Notes under the pieces: model-generated
Databases searched by the model: none
What the model was told of the DNA's origin: nothing
Seen by the model: the letters and a program-made list of their open reading frames with translations, nothing else
NCBI GenBank assembly: GCA_963663765.2
Contig: CAXXUA010000002.1
Coordinates: forward strand, 224,001-288,000
From: Candidatus Poribacteria bacterium
GTDB taxonomy: Bacteria > Poribacteria > WGA-4E > WGA-3G
Reading direction: 5' to 3'
Length of the DNA: 64,000 nucleotides
Part shown: positions 21,274-31,506 of the stretch, piece after piece
How positions within the stretch are numbered: position 1 is the stretch's first letter
How the letters are laid out: every line of letters starts with the position of its first letter
Position numbers and translations under genes: made by a program

Positions 21274-22278
21274 ATGTCAAAAATTCGACTCGCCATGATT
21301 GGTTGTGGCGGTAACTCTTCAGGACATGCTCGGAGAATGAACGGAAATCCTGACGTGCAAATCGTTGGTACATGCGATGTCAATACCGATATAGCAAACA
21401 ATTACATTGACCGAAATCTATCAGACCTGACCCCGCGTCCGAAGGCTTATGATGATATAGCAAAAATGCTTGCAGATGTAAAACCGGATGCTGTCGTAAT
21501 TTCTACACCACATACATTACACTTTGAACAAGGCATGCAAGCACTTGATGCAGGATGTCACGTCTTGATGGAAAAACCGATGGTCACCTCCTCTGAAGAC
21601 GCATATACACTGGCTGAGAAAGTAGAAGAAACTGGTCGTATTTTGACAATCGGTTACAACACACCATGTTCAGCAAACTTTCACTATATCAGGGAGATTG
21701 TACGTAACAAAGAATTCGGCAAGTTAGAATTGGTCGTTGGGTACATTACACAAAACTGGAAACGTGCTACAACCGGTAAATGGCGGCAGAAACTTGCACT
21801 TTCTGGAGGTGGACAAGCTTATGATAGCGGCGCACATCTCCTAAACAGCCTGTGTTGGGCAGTGGAAGCAAAGGTTGAAGAAGTTTATGCATATACAGAC
21901 AATATGGACACCGAAGTAGATATTAATTCATCAATCAACATCAAATTTGAAAACGGTGTTCTCGCTTCAATGGTGATCAGTGGAAACTGTCCAAGTCCTG
22001 GTGGCACACACATGTCACTCATCTTTGACAATGGTAGAATTGAAGTTGATGGTTGGGGTGGTGGATGGATTCGGGTATGGAAAGGCGGAGAAGCCTTAAA
22101 TCCTCCTCCAATTTCACCTGAGATGTCAGCTGGAAATCCAGATACCAATTTCATTGATGCTATCTTAGGAAGAGCAGAACCGCGCACAAACCCATTCAAC
22201 GGCATCATTCAATCTGAACTGATGGACCTGATATACGAATCTGCAGAAAAGAAAACACCTGCGCGCCCGAAACGGTGA
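21274..22278 (+). CDS. Gfo/Idh/MocA oxidoreductase
   Basis: IGCGG, STPHTLH, HVLMEKPM, GGGQAYDSGAH. Confidence 0.9.
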   Translation: MSKIRLAMIGCGGNSSGHARRMNGNPDVQIVGTCDVNTDIANNYIDRNLSDLTPRPKAYDDIAKMLADVKPDAVVISTPHTLHFEQGMQALDAGCHVLMEKPMVTSSEDAYTLAEKVEETGRILTIGYNTPCSANFHYIREIVRNKEFGKLELVVGYITQNWKRATTGKWRQKLALSGGGQAYDSGAHLLNSLCWAVEAKVEEVYAYTDNMDTEVDINSSINIKFENGVLASMVISGNCPSPGGTHMSLIFDNGRIEVDGWGGGWIRVWKGGEALNPPPISPEMSAGNPDTNFIDAILGRAEPRTNPFNGIIQSELMDLIYESAEKKTPARPKR

Positions 22279-22339
22279 AAAGAGAATACCTTGTAATGCT
22301 TCACAAAGCGAATTCAAATTCAATTGAAGTAGGAAAATA

Positions 22340-22600
22340 ATGGATACTTTCTTTTCGTTTCACCAAATATCATACGTAGTTTTCTTAATCTTTTTTATTA
22401 TAATGGCTTATCGTGTATTTAACTATACTGAAACTGATAAGCATGGTCGTCGTTATCGTAGACCGTTGTTCTATCCAGGGAGAATCTGTCCAGGATGCGG
22501 GTTGAAAGTTATTACGAGAATACCGTCTTGTCCTTCATGTGGTCGTGATTTCTCCCAAGACAGTGAAGGTGCAAATGTTCAGCATAAGGATAATTTCTAA
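22340..22600 (+). CDS. Small membrane protein with a C-terminal zinc ribbon
   Basis: TM helix then CPGCG...CPSCG; AGGA RBS. Confidence 0.7.
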   Translation: MDTFFSFHQISYVVFLIFFIIMAYRVFNYTETDKHGRRYRRPLFYPGRICPGCGLKVITRIPSCPSCGRDFSQDSEGANVQHKDNF

Positions 22601-22689
22601 AATCGAATTTATACATTTTTAATTGAAACTAAATCATTACCTTATTTTTTAACTATATGCCAAAAACCACAACTCAAGGTGTAGAAAAG

Positions 22690-23610
22690 ATGTCTGATCA
22701 ACTAAATTTTAAATCTGGATACATAAGTATTATTGGAGCTGCTAATGTTGGAAAATCTACCCTACTTAACACTATCTTAGGGCAAAAATTAGCAATAGTC
22801 ACGCCAAAACCGCAAACTACACGAAACCAAATTCGTGGGATTGTCACAACTGATACACATCAAATGGTTTTTGTGGATACCCCTGGACTAATGGACCCAA
22901 AATATCGACTGCAGTCAGAAATGGTACGAACTGCTTACGGAGCTTTACGAGACGCAGATGTTGTACTATTCGTAATAGATGTCACAAATCAGAATGAAAA
23001 GATTGATGAAAAAATCTTAGAACGACTCAATGCTGAAAAAAACACCAAAAAAGTTCTCATTCTAAATAAGGTAGACTTAATAAATAAACGAAAACTACTG
23101 CCAATAATTGAAAACTACAGTGAAGAATTAGACTTTGACAATATCATACCCATCTCAGCGAAGACAGGTGACGGAGTACCAGAACTACTCATTCAGATAA
23201 AATCTTTTCTACCACCCGGACCGAGATACTTTCCAGATGACCAACTGAGCGACTTACCGGAACGTTTCTTCATCTCAGAAACTGTCAGAGAAAAAATTAT
23301 GTTGATTACACAACGGGAAGTTCCCTATGCATCAGCTGTGATCATAGAGGAATTTGAAAAAAGAAAACGACGTAAAACTGAAGATATTGTTTATATCCGA
23401 GCTATTGTATATACCGAAAAACAGACACAAAAACAGATAATAATAGGTAAAGGTGGAAAGTTAATTAAACGTGTTGGGGAATTAGCACGTCTTGAAATTG
23501 AGGAATTCTTGGACTCACCAGTCTATTTGGAATTGTATGTGACAGTAAAAGAAAATTGGCGGAGAGATGTACGGAAACTTAAAGAATTAGGCGGATTCTT
23601 AGATTTGTAA
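22690..23610 (+). CDS. era: GTPase Era
   Basis: GAANVGKST, KPQTTR, DTPG, NKVD, ISA, C-terminal KH domain (IIIGKGG). Confidence 0.95.
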   Translation: MSDQLNFKSGYISIIGAANVGKSTLLNTILGQKLAIVTPKPQTTRNQIRGIVTTDTHQMVFVDTPGLMDPKYRLQSEMVRTAYGALRDADVVLFVIDVTNQNEKIDEKILERLNAEKNTKKVLILNKVDLINKRKLLPIIENYSEELDFDNIIPISAKTGDGVPELLIQIKSFLPPGPRYFPDDQLSDLPERFFISETVREKIMLITQREVPYASAVIIEEFEKRKRRKTEDIVYIRAIVYTEKQTQKQIIIGKGGKLIKRVGELARLEIEEFLDSPVYLELYVTVKENWRRDVRKLKELGGFLDL

Positions 23611-23674
23611 ATACGGCTGATTAGAACTGAATAACTCCTAAAAAACTTAACTTAATAATAGAGGGAAACATACA

Positions 23675-26600
23675 ATGGCAGAAGCGTCAATTGAAATATA
23701 CGGCGCAAGAGAACATAATCTAAATAATATTGACGTGAGACTCCCCAAAGATAAACTCATTGTCTTCACAGGGGTAAGTGGTTCTGGTAAATCATCACTT
23801 GCAATTGATACACTCTATGCAGAAGGTCAAAGAAGATACATTGAATCACTTTCTGCGTACGCGAGACAGTTCTTAGGACAACTCGGTAAAGCTGAAGTAG
23901 ATAGAATTGTTGGGTTGTCACCTTCCATAGCAATTGATCAAGGTTCAACGGGTCATAATCCGCGTTCAACGGTTGCAACCGTAACCGAAATCTACGATTA
24001 TTTTCGTGTGCTTTTTGCGCGCGCAGGTGAATTCCACTGTCTTGAATGTGGTCAGAAGGTGGGATCGCAAACAATCGCGGATATCGTTTCAAACATCATG
24101 AACCTACCCCAACGTACCCGCATTATGATCTTAGCACCTATCGTCAAAGGCAGACGGGGCGAGTACAGAAAAGAGTTATCAGACGCTCGAAAAATGGGAT
24201 TTATTCGCGCCCGTATTGATGGGGAAATCCACGAAATCAACGCCAACATTGCACTTAATCCAAATCAAAGACACACCATAGACTTGGTAATTGATAGAAT
24301 CATTATTAAGGACGATGTTGAGAGCCGTGTTGCTGAAGCCGTTGAAACGGCTCTCAACATAGGAGACGATATACTCATTGTCAATGTCGTTTCCTCAGAT
24401 AATCCTTCTTCCCGAAAGCAATCAAAAGGTGAAGACTTGCTGTTTAGTCGGCAGTATTCTTGCACGAACTGTCAAGTAAGTTATAATATCCCTGAACCCC
24501 GTCATTTTTCTTACAACAGTCCTTACGGTATGTGTGAGCAGTGCCGAGGATTAGGAGTACAAATGGCAATCTCTCCGAAGTTGATTGTTGTTGATGATAA
24601 CTTACCAGTCATGAAAGGTGCTTTACTATTATGGGAAAAACCCGATTTAAACGAGAAGATGATTTTGCAAACGTTAGCAACACACCTCGGATTCAAACAA
24701 AATACGCCATGGAAGGAACTTACACACGAACAACAACATGCAATATTGTATGGTACGGGTGATACATTACTCACTTTTCGTCAACCAACTGTGAGTAATA
24801 GACGTAAGGGAAAACGTGTACGTGGAAGATTTCAAGGACTGATACCAGCACATGAACATCGATACTTATGGTTAGACGTTAATGAAGAGGGGCATGGAAA
24901 CCCTCATTTACCCGATTACTTTGTCAAGTTGCCGTGTAGAGATTGTGACGGAACCCGTTTGAACAATGTAGTAAAAGCAATTACTATAGCAGGTAAAAAC
25001 ATCACGGAAGTCCTTGATATGTCTATACAGGACTCAGCATCTTTCTTCAATACACTTGAACTACCTGAAAAACAAGCTTTCATAGCTACAGAACTCTTGA
25101 AAGAAATTCGTTCACGTCTCGGTTTCCTACTGGATGTGGGATTAGGTTATCTCACACTGTCCCGTTCCGCACCAACCTTGTCTGGTGGAGAAGCACAAAG
25201 AATACGTCTTGCAAGCCAAGTTGGTGCAGGACTACGGGATGTTACTTATGTCCTTGACGAACCAAGCATCGGTTTGCACCCTCGCGACCACGCAGGACTA
25301 CTAAAGACTTTAATGAACCTACGCAATCAAGGAAATACCGTTATCGTCGTTGAACATGACGAAGCAACTATGTTGGTAGCCGATTGGATAGTAGATTTCG
25401 GTCCCGGTGCAGGAATAAGAGGCGGGGAAATTACCGGTATGGGAACACCTGAGCAAATTATAAATGATAACGACTCACTAACAGCACAATATCTAAGGGG
25501 TGATAAAAAAATTATCCATCCTGAATCACGAAGACCAACAGGCGAAAGATGGGTACAAATCTGCAAAGCACGACAGAATAACCTAAAAGATATTAGTCCT
25601 AAAATTCCACTCGGAACGCTATGTTGTGTAACAGGGGTTAGCGGTTCTGGGAAAAGTTCTCTTATTCATGACATCCTTTACTGTGCACTCGCAAGAGACC
25701 TGATGAGAGCAAAAACTGTACCCGGAGATTACGGTACAATACAAGGTGTTGTTGATGACAAAGACGTTCCTGTCCCTGAAGTCGTGGACAAAATCATCAA
25801 CATTAATATGGCACCTATCGGACGCACACCACGTTCAAATCCTGCTACATATACAAAGGTATTTGATGCTATCCGAGCTTTCTATACAAACCTACCAGAT
25901 TCCAAACTTCGCGGATATAAACCCGGTCGGTTTAGTTTCAATGTACCCGGTGGACGATGTGAAGCATGCACTGGTAATGGTGCTAAAAAAATTGACATGG
26001 GGATACTCGCAGATGTATGGGTGGAGTGTGATGTCTGCAGTGGAAAAAGATATAACAATGAAACACTTAATATCAAATTTAAAGGGAAAAGTATTTCTGA
26101 TGTCTTACAAATGGACATTGCAACCGCTCTTGAGCATTTCGCAGACATACCCAAAATTGCAAGAGGCTTACAACTGCTTCACGATGTGGGTTTAGATTAC
26201 ATAAAACTTGGACAACCGGCACCAACCCTTTCTGGTGGGGAAGCACAACGAATTAAACTCTCAAAGGAACTTTCAAAAAGAAGTACCGGTAAAACTCTTT
26301 ATATCCTTGATGAACCTACAACAGGTTTGCACTTTGAAGATGTCAATAAGTTGTTGTCTATTCTGCACAGATTAGTTGATGAAGGCAACACAGTCGTCGT
26401 GGTTGAACACAACCTTGAAGTAATCAATTCTGCAGATTATCTGATCGATTTAGGACCAGAAGGCGGTATGGAAGGCGGAGAAATTGTAGTTGTCGGCACT
26501 CCTGAAGAAGTTATGAATATACCTGAGTCTTATACAGGACAAGCATTGCGTGGAGAATTCGATCTCTGGAAAAACATTGATAAAAAATCCACCATTGCTG

Positions 26601-29395
26601 AAAATGGCGGCATACCCAAAAACATCCTTGAGGAAACTATTTTCAATGACACTAAGACTATTTCGGTTCAAGGAGCAGAAGAAAATAATCTAAAAAATAT
26701 TGACATAGACATACCCCACCAAAGGTTAACCGCATTGACTGGTGTTAGTGGATCAGGTAAGACCTCACTCGCACTTGATACAATATATGCGGAAGGACAA
26801 CGCAGGTATATTGAGACACTCAGCACTTATGCACGTCAATTTATCGGAAGCATGGAGAAACCGAAAGTTTCAAAAATAGAAGGACTTTCACCAGCAATAG
26901 CAATCACACACTCAAGTCCAAGCCAAAACCCGCGTTCCACTGTCGCTACAATAACAGAAATACATGACGGTCTCCGTACACTATATGCCCGATGGGGACA
27001 ACCACACTGTCCAGATTGCAATGTTGAAGTCCGACCACAAACAGCGCAACAGATAGTTGAATACGTCTTTAGTCTCATGAAGAATAAACGGGTTGATGTG
27101 ATGGCACCGCTTACAAACTTCAAATCTTTTGAAGGTAATGCTGAGGTATTAATAGGCGCAGAACGTACTCCCGGACTAAAAGGTAACGAAGATTATGCAG
27201 ACGCTTTTCGTAGGTTACAAAGAATAGGTTTCGCAAGGGTACAAATTGATGGAGAGATCTTTAGACTTGATGAAACGCCAGAAATCCATAAACGTCGCAG
27301 GCACGAAGTTTTTCTCGTAATTGACCGCATTCAACTCAACGTTGATGAAAAAAGTAGACTCACAGAAGCAGTAGAATTAGCTCTGATTGAAAGTGAAGGA
27401 TTTGTTATTTTAGAGGAAAAAATAGATAAAGAAATACCTAATAGAGTTTTCTTCAGTGAACACGCAATGTGTTCAAACTGTGGACGCAACTTCCCACAAC
27501 TTACACCCAGACATTTCTCCTTTAACAATAAATTAGGAGCATGCAGTTCCTGTGATGGTATTGGAAGATCCTCTATAGATCAACAAAACACTTGTCAAAG
27601 ATGTAATGGAACACGATTAGATGAATTTCCACGCAACGTCCAATTCTCTGACAAAACAATCGCAGAACTTATGGCAATTTCAATATCTAAGACAATAGAA
27701 TTCTTTGGCACACGAATAAATACAATTGAGAAGCATCTCACGACAGCCGCTGGTTCAAAGGAAGCAAAAGCAGCAATGGAACAAGTCCGAGACGTATCTA
27801 CATCAAGAGCAACACATCCAAAACTTCACTCCCATACTTCACCCGAATTTGAAGCACAACTGTTACGTCAATTACAAATCCGCCTAAAATTCTTAGAAAA
27901 TATCGGACTCGGATACCTCGGTTTAGACCGACCCGCACCAACACTTTCTGGGGGAGAAATTAGAAGAATTCGACTCGCAAGTCAACTCGGAACTGGTCTA
28001 ACTGGTGTAACATACATACTTGACGAACCCAGTATCGGATTACACCCACGCGACCAAGAACAACTGATCCTCGCAATGAAGGATTTGCGCGATATAGGAA
28101 ATAGTGTACTCGTCGTTGAACACGATAAGGATACAATTCTATCAGCAGACCATATCATTGATTTCGGACCAAAAGCAGGAAAACAGGGTGGTGAAATAAT
28201 CGCTACCGGTACACCTGAAACCTTCACTGAATCACAACCTATTCCAATTCCTAATTCTAAAAAAACAAACAGCAACTCTGATAAGACAAAGACAAAAGCA
28301 TCTGAAAAGGGATTAACACAAGCTTATCTTTCCAATGAATTGCAAATTCCTGTACCTGCAGTCCGGCGAAAAGGTTCTGGAAAATGGTTGAAACTTTTCG
28401 GAGCAAAAACAAACAATCTAAAAGACATTGATATAGAAATCCCTTACGGAACGTTTACTTGTGTAACTGGTGTTTCAGGATGTGGAAAAAGTTCACTGAT
28501 TGAAGGTACACTCCGACCCGCACTGGAAGACAAACGCTCAATTAGAAAAGGAAACCAAAGTTCAACCAATACTTTTGGGACTCCATTGTATGATAAAATC
28601 CAAGGAATAACGCCAATTGAACGAATGATACACATAGACCAAAAACCTATAGGTGAAACACCACGGTCTAACCCAGCAACTTACACCGAACTATTTACCA
28701 AAATCCGTGAAATGTTTGCTGAATTACCTGATGCAAAACGTCGTGGATTTAACAGAGGAAGGTTTAGTTTCAATCTATCTTATGGGCAGTGTGAAGAGTG
28801 TGACGGACACCGTTACAATCGCATAGAGATGCATTTCTTACCAGATGTATGGATACCGTGCGAAAACTGCAACAGCACAGGATACAACGCTGAAACGCTT
28901 GAAGTAAGGTACAAAGGTAAGAATATCGCAGAAGTTCTACAAATGACGGTACAAGAAGCTCTTGACCTATTTAGTAATATTGCAAGAATAAAACGACCAC
29001 TTCAAACATTAGCAGATGTCGGTTTAGACTATATTCAATTAGGACAAGCAGCCACTACACTCTCCGGTGGAGAAGCACAACGCGTCAAACTCGCAAAAGA
29101 ATTAGCACGTCGTCAAACAGGTACCACGCTCTATATCATGGATGAACCAACAACGGGTTTGCATTTTGATGACGTTCAAAAGCTGCTCAACGTACTCAAC
29201 AAACTTGTTGATGCAGGCAACACGATTGTTGCTATAGAACACAATCTGGATGTTATCAAATCTGCTGATTGGCTAATAGATTTGGGACCAGAAGGAAGTG
29301 ACGCCGGTGGTTATATTGTTGCAATGGGTACTCCTGAAGAAGTTGCAGAGAACAAAGAATCACACACCGCACGTTTCCTCAGTAAGATATTATAG
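23675..29395 (+). CDS. uvrA: Double-length UvrA (two fused UvrA units, four ABC nucleotide-binding sites)
   Basis: Four Walker A motifs (GVSGSGKSS/GVSGSGKTS/GVSGCGKSS), four LSGGE signatures, repeated AEGQRRYIE and RSNPATY; 1906 aa. Confidence 0.95.
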   Translation: MAEASIEIYGAREHNLNNIDVRLPKDKLIVFTGVSGSGKSSLAIDTLYAEGQRRYIESLSAYARQFLGQLGKAEVDRIVGLSPSIAIDQGSTGHNPRSTVATVTEIYDYFRVLFARAGEFHCLECGQKVGSQTIADIVSNIMNLPQRTRIMILAPIVKGRRGEYRKELSDARKMGFIRARIDGEIHEINANIALNPNQRHTIDLVIDRIIIKDDVESRVAEAVETALNIGDDILIVNVVSSDNPSSRKQSKGEDLLFSRQYSCTNCQVSYNIPEPRHFSYNSPYGMCEQCRGLGVQMAISPKLIVVDDNLPVMKGALLLWEKPDLNEKMILQTLATHLGFKQNTPWKELTHEQQHAILYGTGDTLLTFRQPTVSNRRKGKRVRGRFQGLIPAHEHRYLWLDVNEEGHGNPHLPDYFVKLPCRDCDGTRLNNVVKAITIAGKNITEVLDMSIQDSASFFNTLELPEKQAFIATELLKEIRSRLGFLLDVGLGYLTLSRSAPTLSGGEAQRIRLASQVGAGLRDVTYVLDEPSIGLHPRDHAGLLKTLMNLRNQGNTVIVVEHDEATMLVADWIVDFGPGAGIRGGEITGMGTPEQIINDNDSLTAQYLRGDKKIIHPESRRPTGERWVQICKARQNNLKDISPKIPLGTLCCVTGVSGSGKSSLIHDILYCALARDLMRAKTVPGDYGTIQGVVDDKDVPVPEVVDKIININMAPIGRTPRSNPATYTKVFDAIRAFYTNLPDSKLRGYKPGRFSFNVPGGRCEACTGNGAKKIDMGILADVWVECDVCSGKRYNNETLNIKFKGKSISDVLQMDIATALEHFADIPKIARGLQLLHDVGLDYIKLGQPAPTLSGGEAQRIKLSKELSKRSTGKTLYILDEPTTGLHFEDVNKLLSILHRLVDEGNTVVVVEHNLEVINSADYLIDLGPEGGMEGGEIVVVGTPEEVMNIPESYTGQALRGEFDLWKNIDKKSTIAENGGIPKNILEETIFNDTKTISVQGAEENNLKNIDIDIPHQRLTALTGVSGSGKTSLALDTIYAEGQRRYIETLSTYARQFIGSMEKPKVSKIEGLSPAIAITHSSPSQNPRSTVATITEIHDGLRTLYARWGQPHCPDCNVEVRPQTAQQIVEYVFSLMKNKRVDVMAPLTNFKSFEGNAEVLIGAERTPGLKGNEDYADAFRRLQRIGFARVQIDGEIFRLDETPEIHKRRRHEVFLVIDRIQLNVDEKSRLTEAVELALIESEGFVILEEKIDKEIPNRVFFSEHAMCSNCGRNFPQLTPRHFSFNNKLGACSSCDGIGRSSIDQQNTCQRCNGTRLDEFPRNVQFSDKTIAELMAISISKTIEFFGTRINTIEKHLTTAAGSKEAKAAMEQVRDVSTSRATHPKLHSHTSPEFEAQLLRQLQIRLKFLENIGLGYLGLDRPAPTLSGGEIRRIRLASQLGTGLTGVTYILDEPSIGLHPRDQEQLILAMKDLRDIGNSVLVVEHDKDTILSADHIIDFGPKAGKQGGEIIATGTPETFTESQPIPIPNSKKTNSNSDKTKTKASEKGLTQAYLSNELQIPVPAVRRKGSGKWLKLFGAKTNNLKDIDIEIPYGTFTCVTGVSGCGKSSLIEGTLRPALEDKRSIRKGNQSSTNTFGTPLYDKIQGITPIERMIHIDQKPIGETPRSNPATYTELFTKIREMFAELPDAKRRGFNRGRFSFNLSYGQCEECDGHRYNRIEMHFLPDVWIPCENCNSTGYNAETLEVRYKGKNIAEVLQMTVQEALDLFSNIARIKRPLQTLADVGLDYIQLGQAATTLSGGEAQRVKLAKELARRQTGTTLYIMDEPTTGLHFDDVQKLLNVLNKLVDAGNTIVAIEHNLDVIKSADWLIDLGPEGSDAGGYIVAMGTPEEVAENKESHTARFLSKIL

Positions 29396-29472
29396 AATAT
29401 TATCGGTCTGCCACTTGTGAAATTTCCAACCTTAAGAAACGAAAGAGTTGATAGACTGTATTTATGTCTAAT

Positions 29473-29837
29473 CAGGGTTATTTAGTTTTAGTAGTTTTTG
29501 CAGATATTTATAACATTCGTGAATTAGATGTGTAGGTCGGGTAGAGCGATAGCGAAACCCATAGGTGTCAACTTAAGAAAAAAGTGTTGGCATATTCTCT
29601 TGTGGGAGGGGTTTGTAACCCCGATTTGAGTGGAAATGAACATAAAATCGGGGTTGCAAACCCCTCCCACAAGAGGTCAGAATCCTTAAGTTGACACCTA
29701 TGGGTAGAGCGATAGCGAAACCCGACATGTATTGATTGTAGTTGTCATGTCGGGTTTCGCTATCGCTCTACCCGACCTACGATATAAACTTAAAGTAACA
29801 CCCATCAACTGATAATTCTTAAAACTAAATAACCCTG
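29473..29837. mobile_element. MITE B2 with REP doublet; hosts C2
   Basis: CAGGGTTATTTAGTTTTA...TAAAACTAAATAACCCTG; flanks ATGTCTAAT / CTGTCTAAT; body matches B3 at 55887. Confidence 0.85.
29560..29702. mobile_element. MITE C2 (TIR CATAGGTGTCAACTTAAG) inserted in a REP hairpin, 20-bp duplication
   Basis: GGTAGAGCGATAGCGAAACC at 29540-59 and 29703-22; uninterrupted REP in B3 near 55947-55978. Confidence 0.85.
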
Positions 29838-29854
29838 CTGTCTAATTCTATTAG

Positions 29855-29883
29855 TTGACCTAATTCTTCATTTGTGCTATGAT
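29855..29883 (+). promoter_or_regulatory. Putative sigma70 promoter of the ferredoxin-GGR operon
   Basis: TTGACC-N17-TATGAT with TGn extension. Confidence 0.55.
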
Positions 29884-29922
29884 TCTTACACTTACAAGGA
29901 TAATTAGAAAACAAAGCTGAAT

Positions 29923-30141
29923 ATGATACATATTAACGAAGAACTTTGCGTTTATTGTGGGGCATGCGTTGCAGTCTGTCCCGAAAATATTATTGACTTG
30001 ATAGACACACATCTGAAAATTGACCAACCCAAGTGCATTGACTGTATGAAATGCGTCAAAGGCTGCCCGATTGGTGTTCTTTCTATGGAACGGAACGGAA
30101 AGATTTATTCTTTCGATTATCCCGAGAGAGGACTTTTCTGA
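29923..30141 (+). CDS. 2x[4Fe-4S] ferredoxin
   Basis: CVYCGACVAVCP and CIDCMKCVKGCP. Confidence 0.92.
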   Translation: MIHINEELCVYCGACVAVCPENIIDLIDTHLKIDQPKCIDCMKCVKGCPIGVLSMERNGKIYSFDYPERGLF

Positions 30142-30168
30142 TAAAGAGTGCTGTAGAGAGAAGTATAG

Positions 30169-31362
30169 ATGCTACATTCAGAGTATGATGTCATTGCTGT
30201 TGGGGCGGGACCAGGTGGTTCTATCGCAGCAAAAGTTGCCGCTGAAAATGGTTTGCGGGTTCTCCTTTTAGAGAAACGGCAAGAAATAGGCGTACCACTC
30301 CGCTGAGCTGAAGGTATTGGCACAGAGGATCTGTGCGAATTTATTCAGCCAGACGCGGCATGGATATCAAATGAGATCCACGGGGCACGTATTTTCTCCC
30401 CTAACGAGACTGCAGTCACAATTCATCAACCAGGCGCAGGTTACGTCTTAGAACGAAAGGTGTTTGATCTCCGTCTTGCGGAGATGGCATCAAACTCGGG
30501 TGCCGAGGTTATGGTAAAGGCACGTGTTACAAATGTCACTTTCTCTGAAGCTGGTGCTGTGAACGGTGTCGTATTCCGACATTCAGGACGCGAATATACG
30601 TGCAAAAGCAAGATAGTTATCGCTGCGGATGGGGTTGAATCGCAAGTTGGACGGTGGGCAGGTATTGATACTACCCACCAACTACGTGATATTGGTGCTT
30701 GTGCCCAGTATCTCATTTCAAACATTGATATTATGCCTGAGTACTGTGATTTTTACTTCGGGCGCGAGGTTGCTCCACTTGGTTATGTTTGGGTTTTTCC
30801 AAAAGGGAAAGACATCGCAAACGTTGGGGTCGGCGTTAGGGCAAATATTTCAGGAAAAGACAGCAAACTTGCTATAGACTACCTAAACGCATTTGTCAAA
30901 CGGAAGTTCCCGGAGGGTAAAGTTTTAGGATTAGTGTGCGGTGCGGTTCCTGTCGGACAAGGTTTGCCGCGGATTGTCGGGGATGGCATTCTGCTTGTTG
31001 GCGACGCAGCACATCACAGCGATCCAGTCTCTGGAGGAGGTATCCCTAACGCAATGTATTCTGGGAAATTTGCAGCGGAAGCAGCGGTCAAGGCTATACA
31101 CATCGGTGATGTCTCACGAGATATTCTCAGCGCATATTCAAAACGTTGGGACCGCGAAATCGGTAAACACTTTAAGCATATCTGTCGCATCCGCGATGGA
31201 GTTTTAAAATTCAATGACGATACACTTGATAGATATGCAGAACTACTTTCTCAGATACATGGTGAACCGTTAACGTTGGCAAAGATCTTCCAAACAGTAC
31301 TTAAAAATCAACCAAGTTTGCTTCTTGAACTCCGACACCTCATTTTAGCTGGATGGGTTTAG
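30169..31362 (+). CDS. Geranylgeranyl reductase / DGGGPL reductase-family flavoprotein, 397 aa, with in-frame TGA (codon 46) probably read as selenocysteine
   Basis: [21 protein letters not shown]...[20 protein letters not shown] continues in frame into ORF 30460..31362 ([31 protein letters not shown]). Confidence 0.88.
30307..30349 (+). promoter_or_regulatory. Candidate bacterial SECIS stem-loop
   Basis: GCTGAA(30307-12)/TTCAGC(30344-49) basal stem; GCACAGA(30320-26)/TCTGTGC(30330-36) apical stem; GGA loop starting 21 nt after the TGA. Confidence 0.75.
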
Positions 31363-31506
31363 CACCTCTCTTAAAAAGCGTAAAGGTAAACTTACTCTAA
31401 CATCCCCAATTTCTTTATTGGTTTATCAACTTCCAAATTTCCTCTTGACAAAACCTACAATACATGGAATTATAATAACTATATCATTCATATAGATTAT
31501 TTTACC

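Noticed and set aside
30304-30306. GGR as a simple nonsense pseudogene, or genome-wide TGA reassignment
   Set aside because: The single stop falls exactly on the conserved Cys and is followed by a SECIS-like hairpin. Many intact genes here end in TGA and Trp is encoded by TGG. A pseudogene is not fully excluded without seeing the sel genes.
30460-31362. 300-aa ORF as the complete gene
   Set aside because: It lacks the FAD-binding GxGxxG N-terminus, which is encoded in frame upstream of the TGA.
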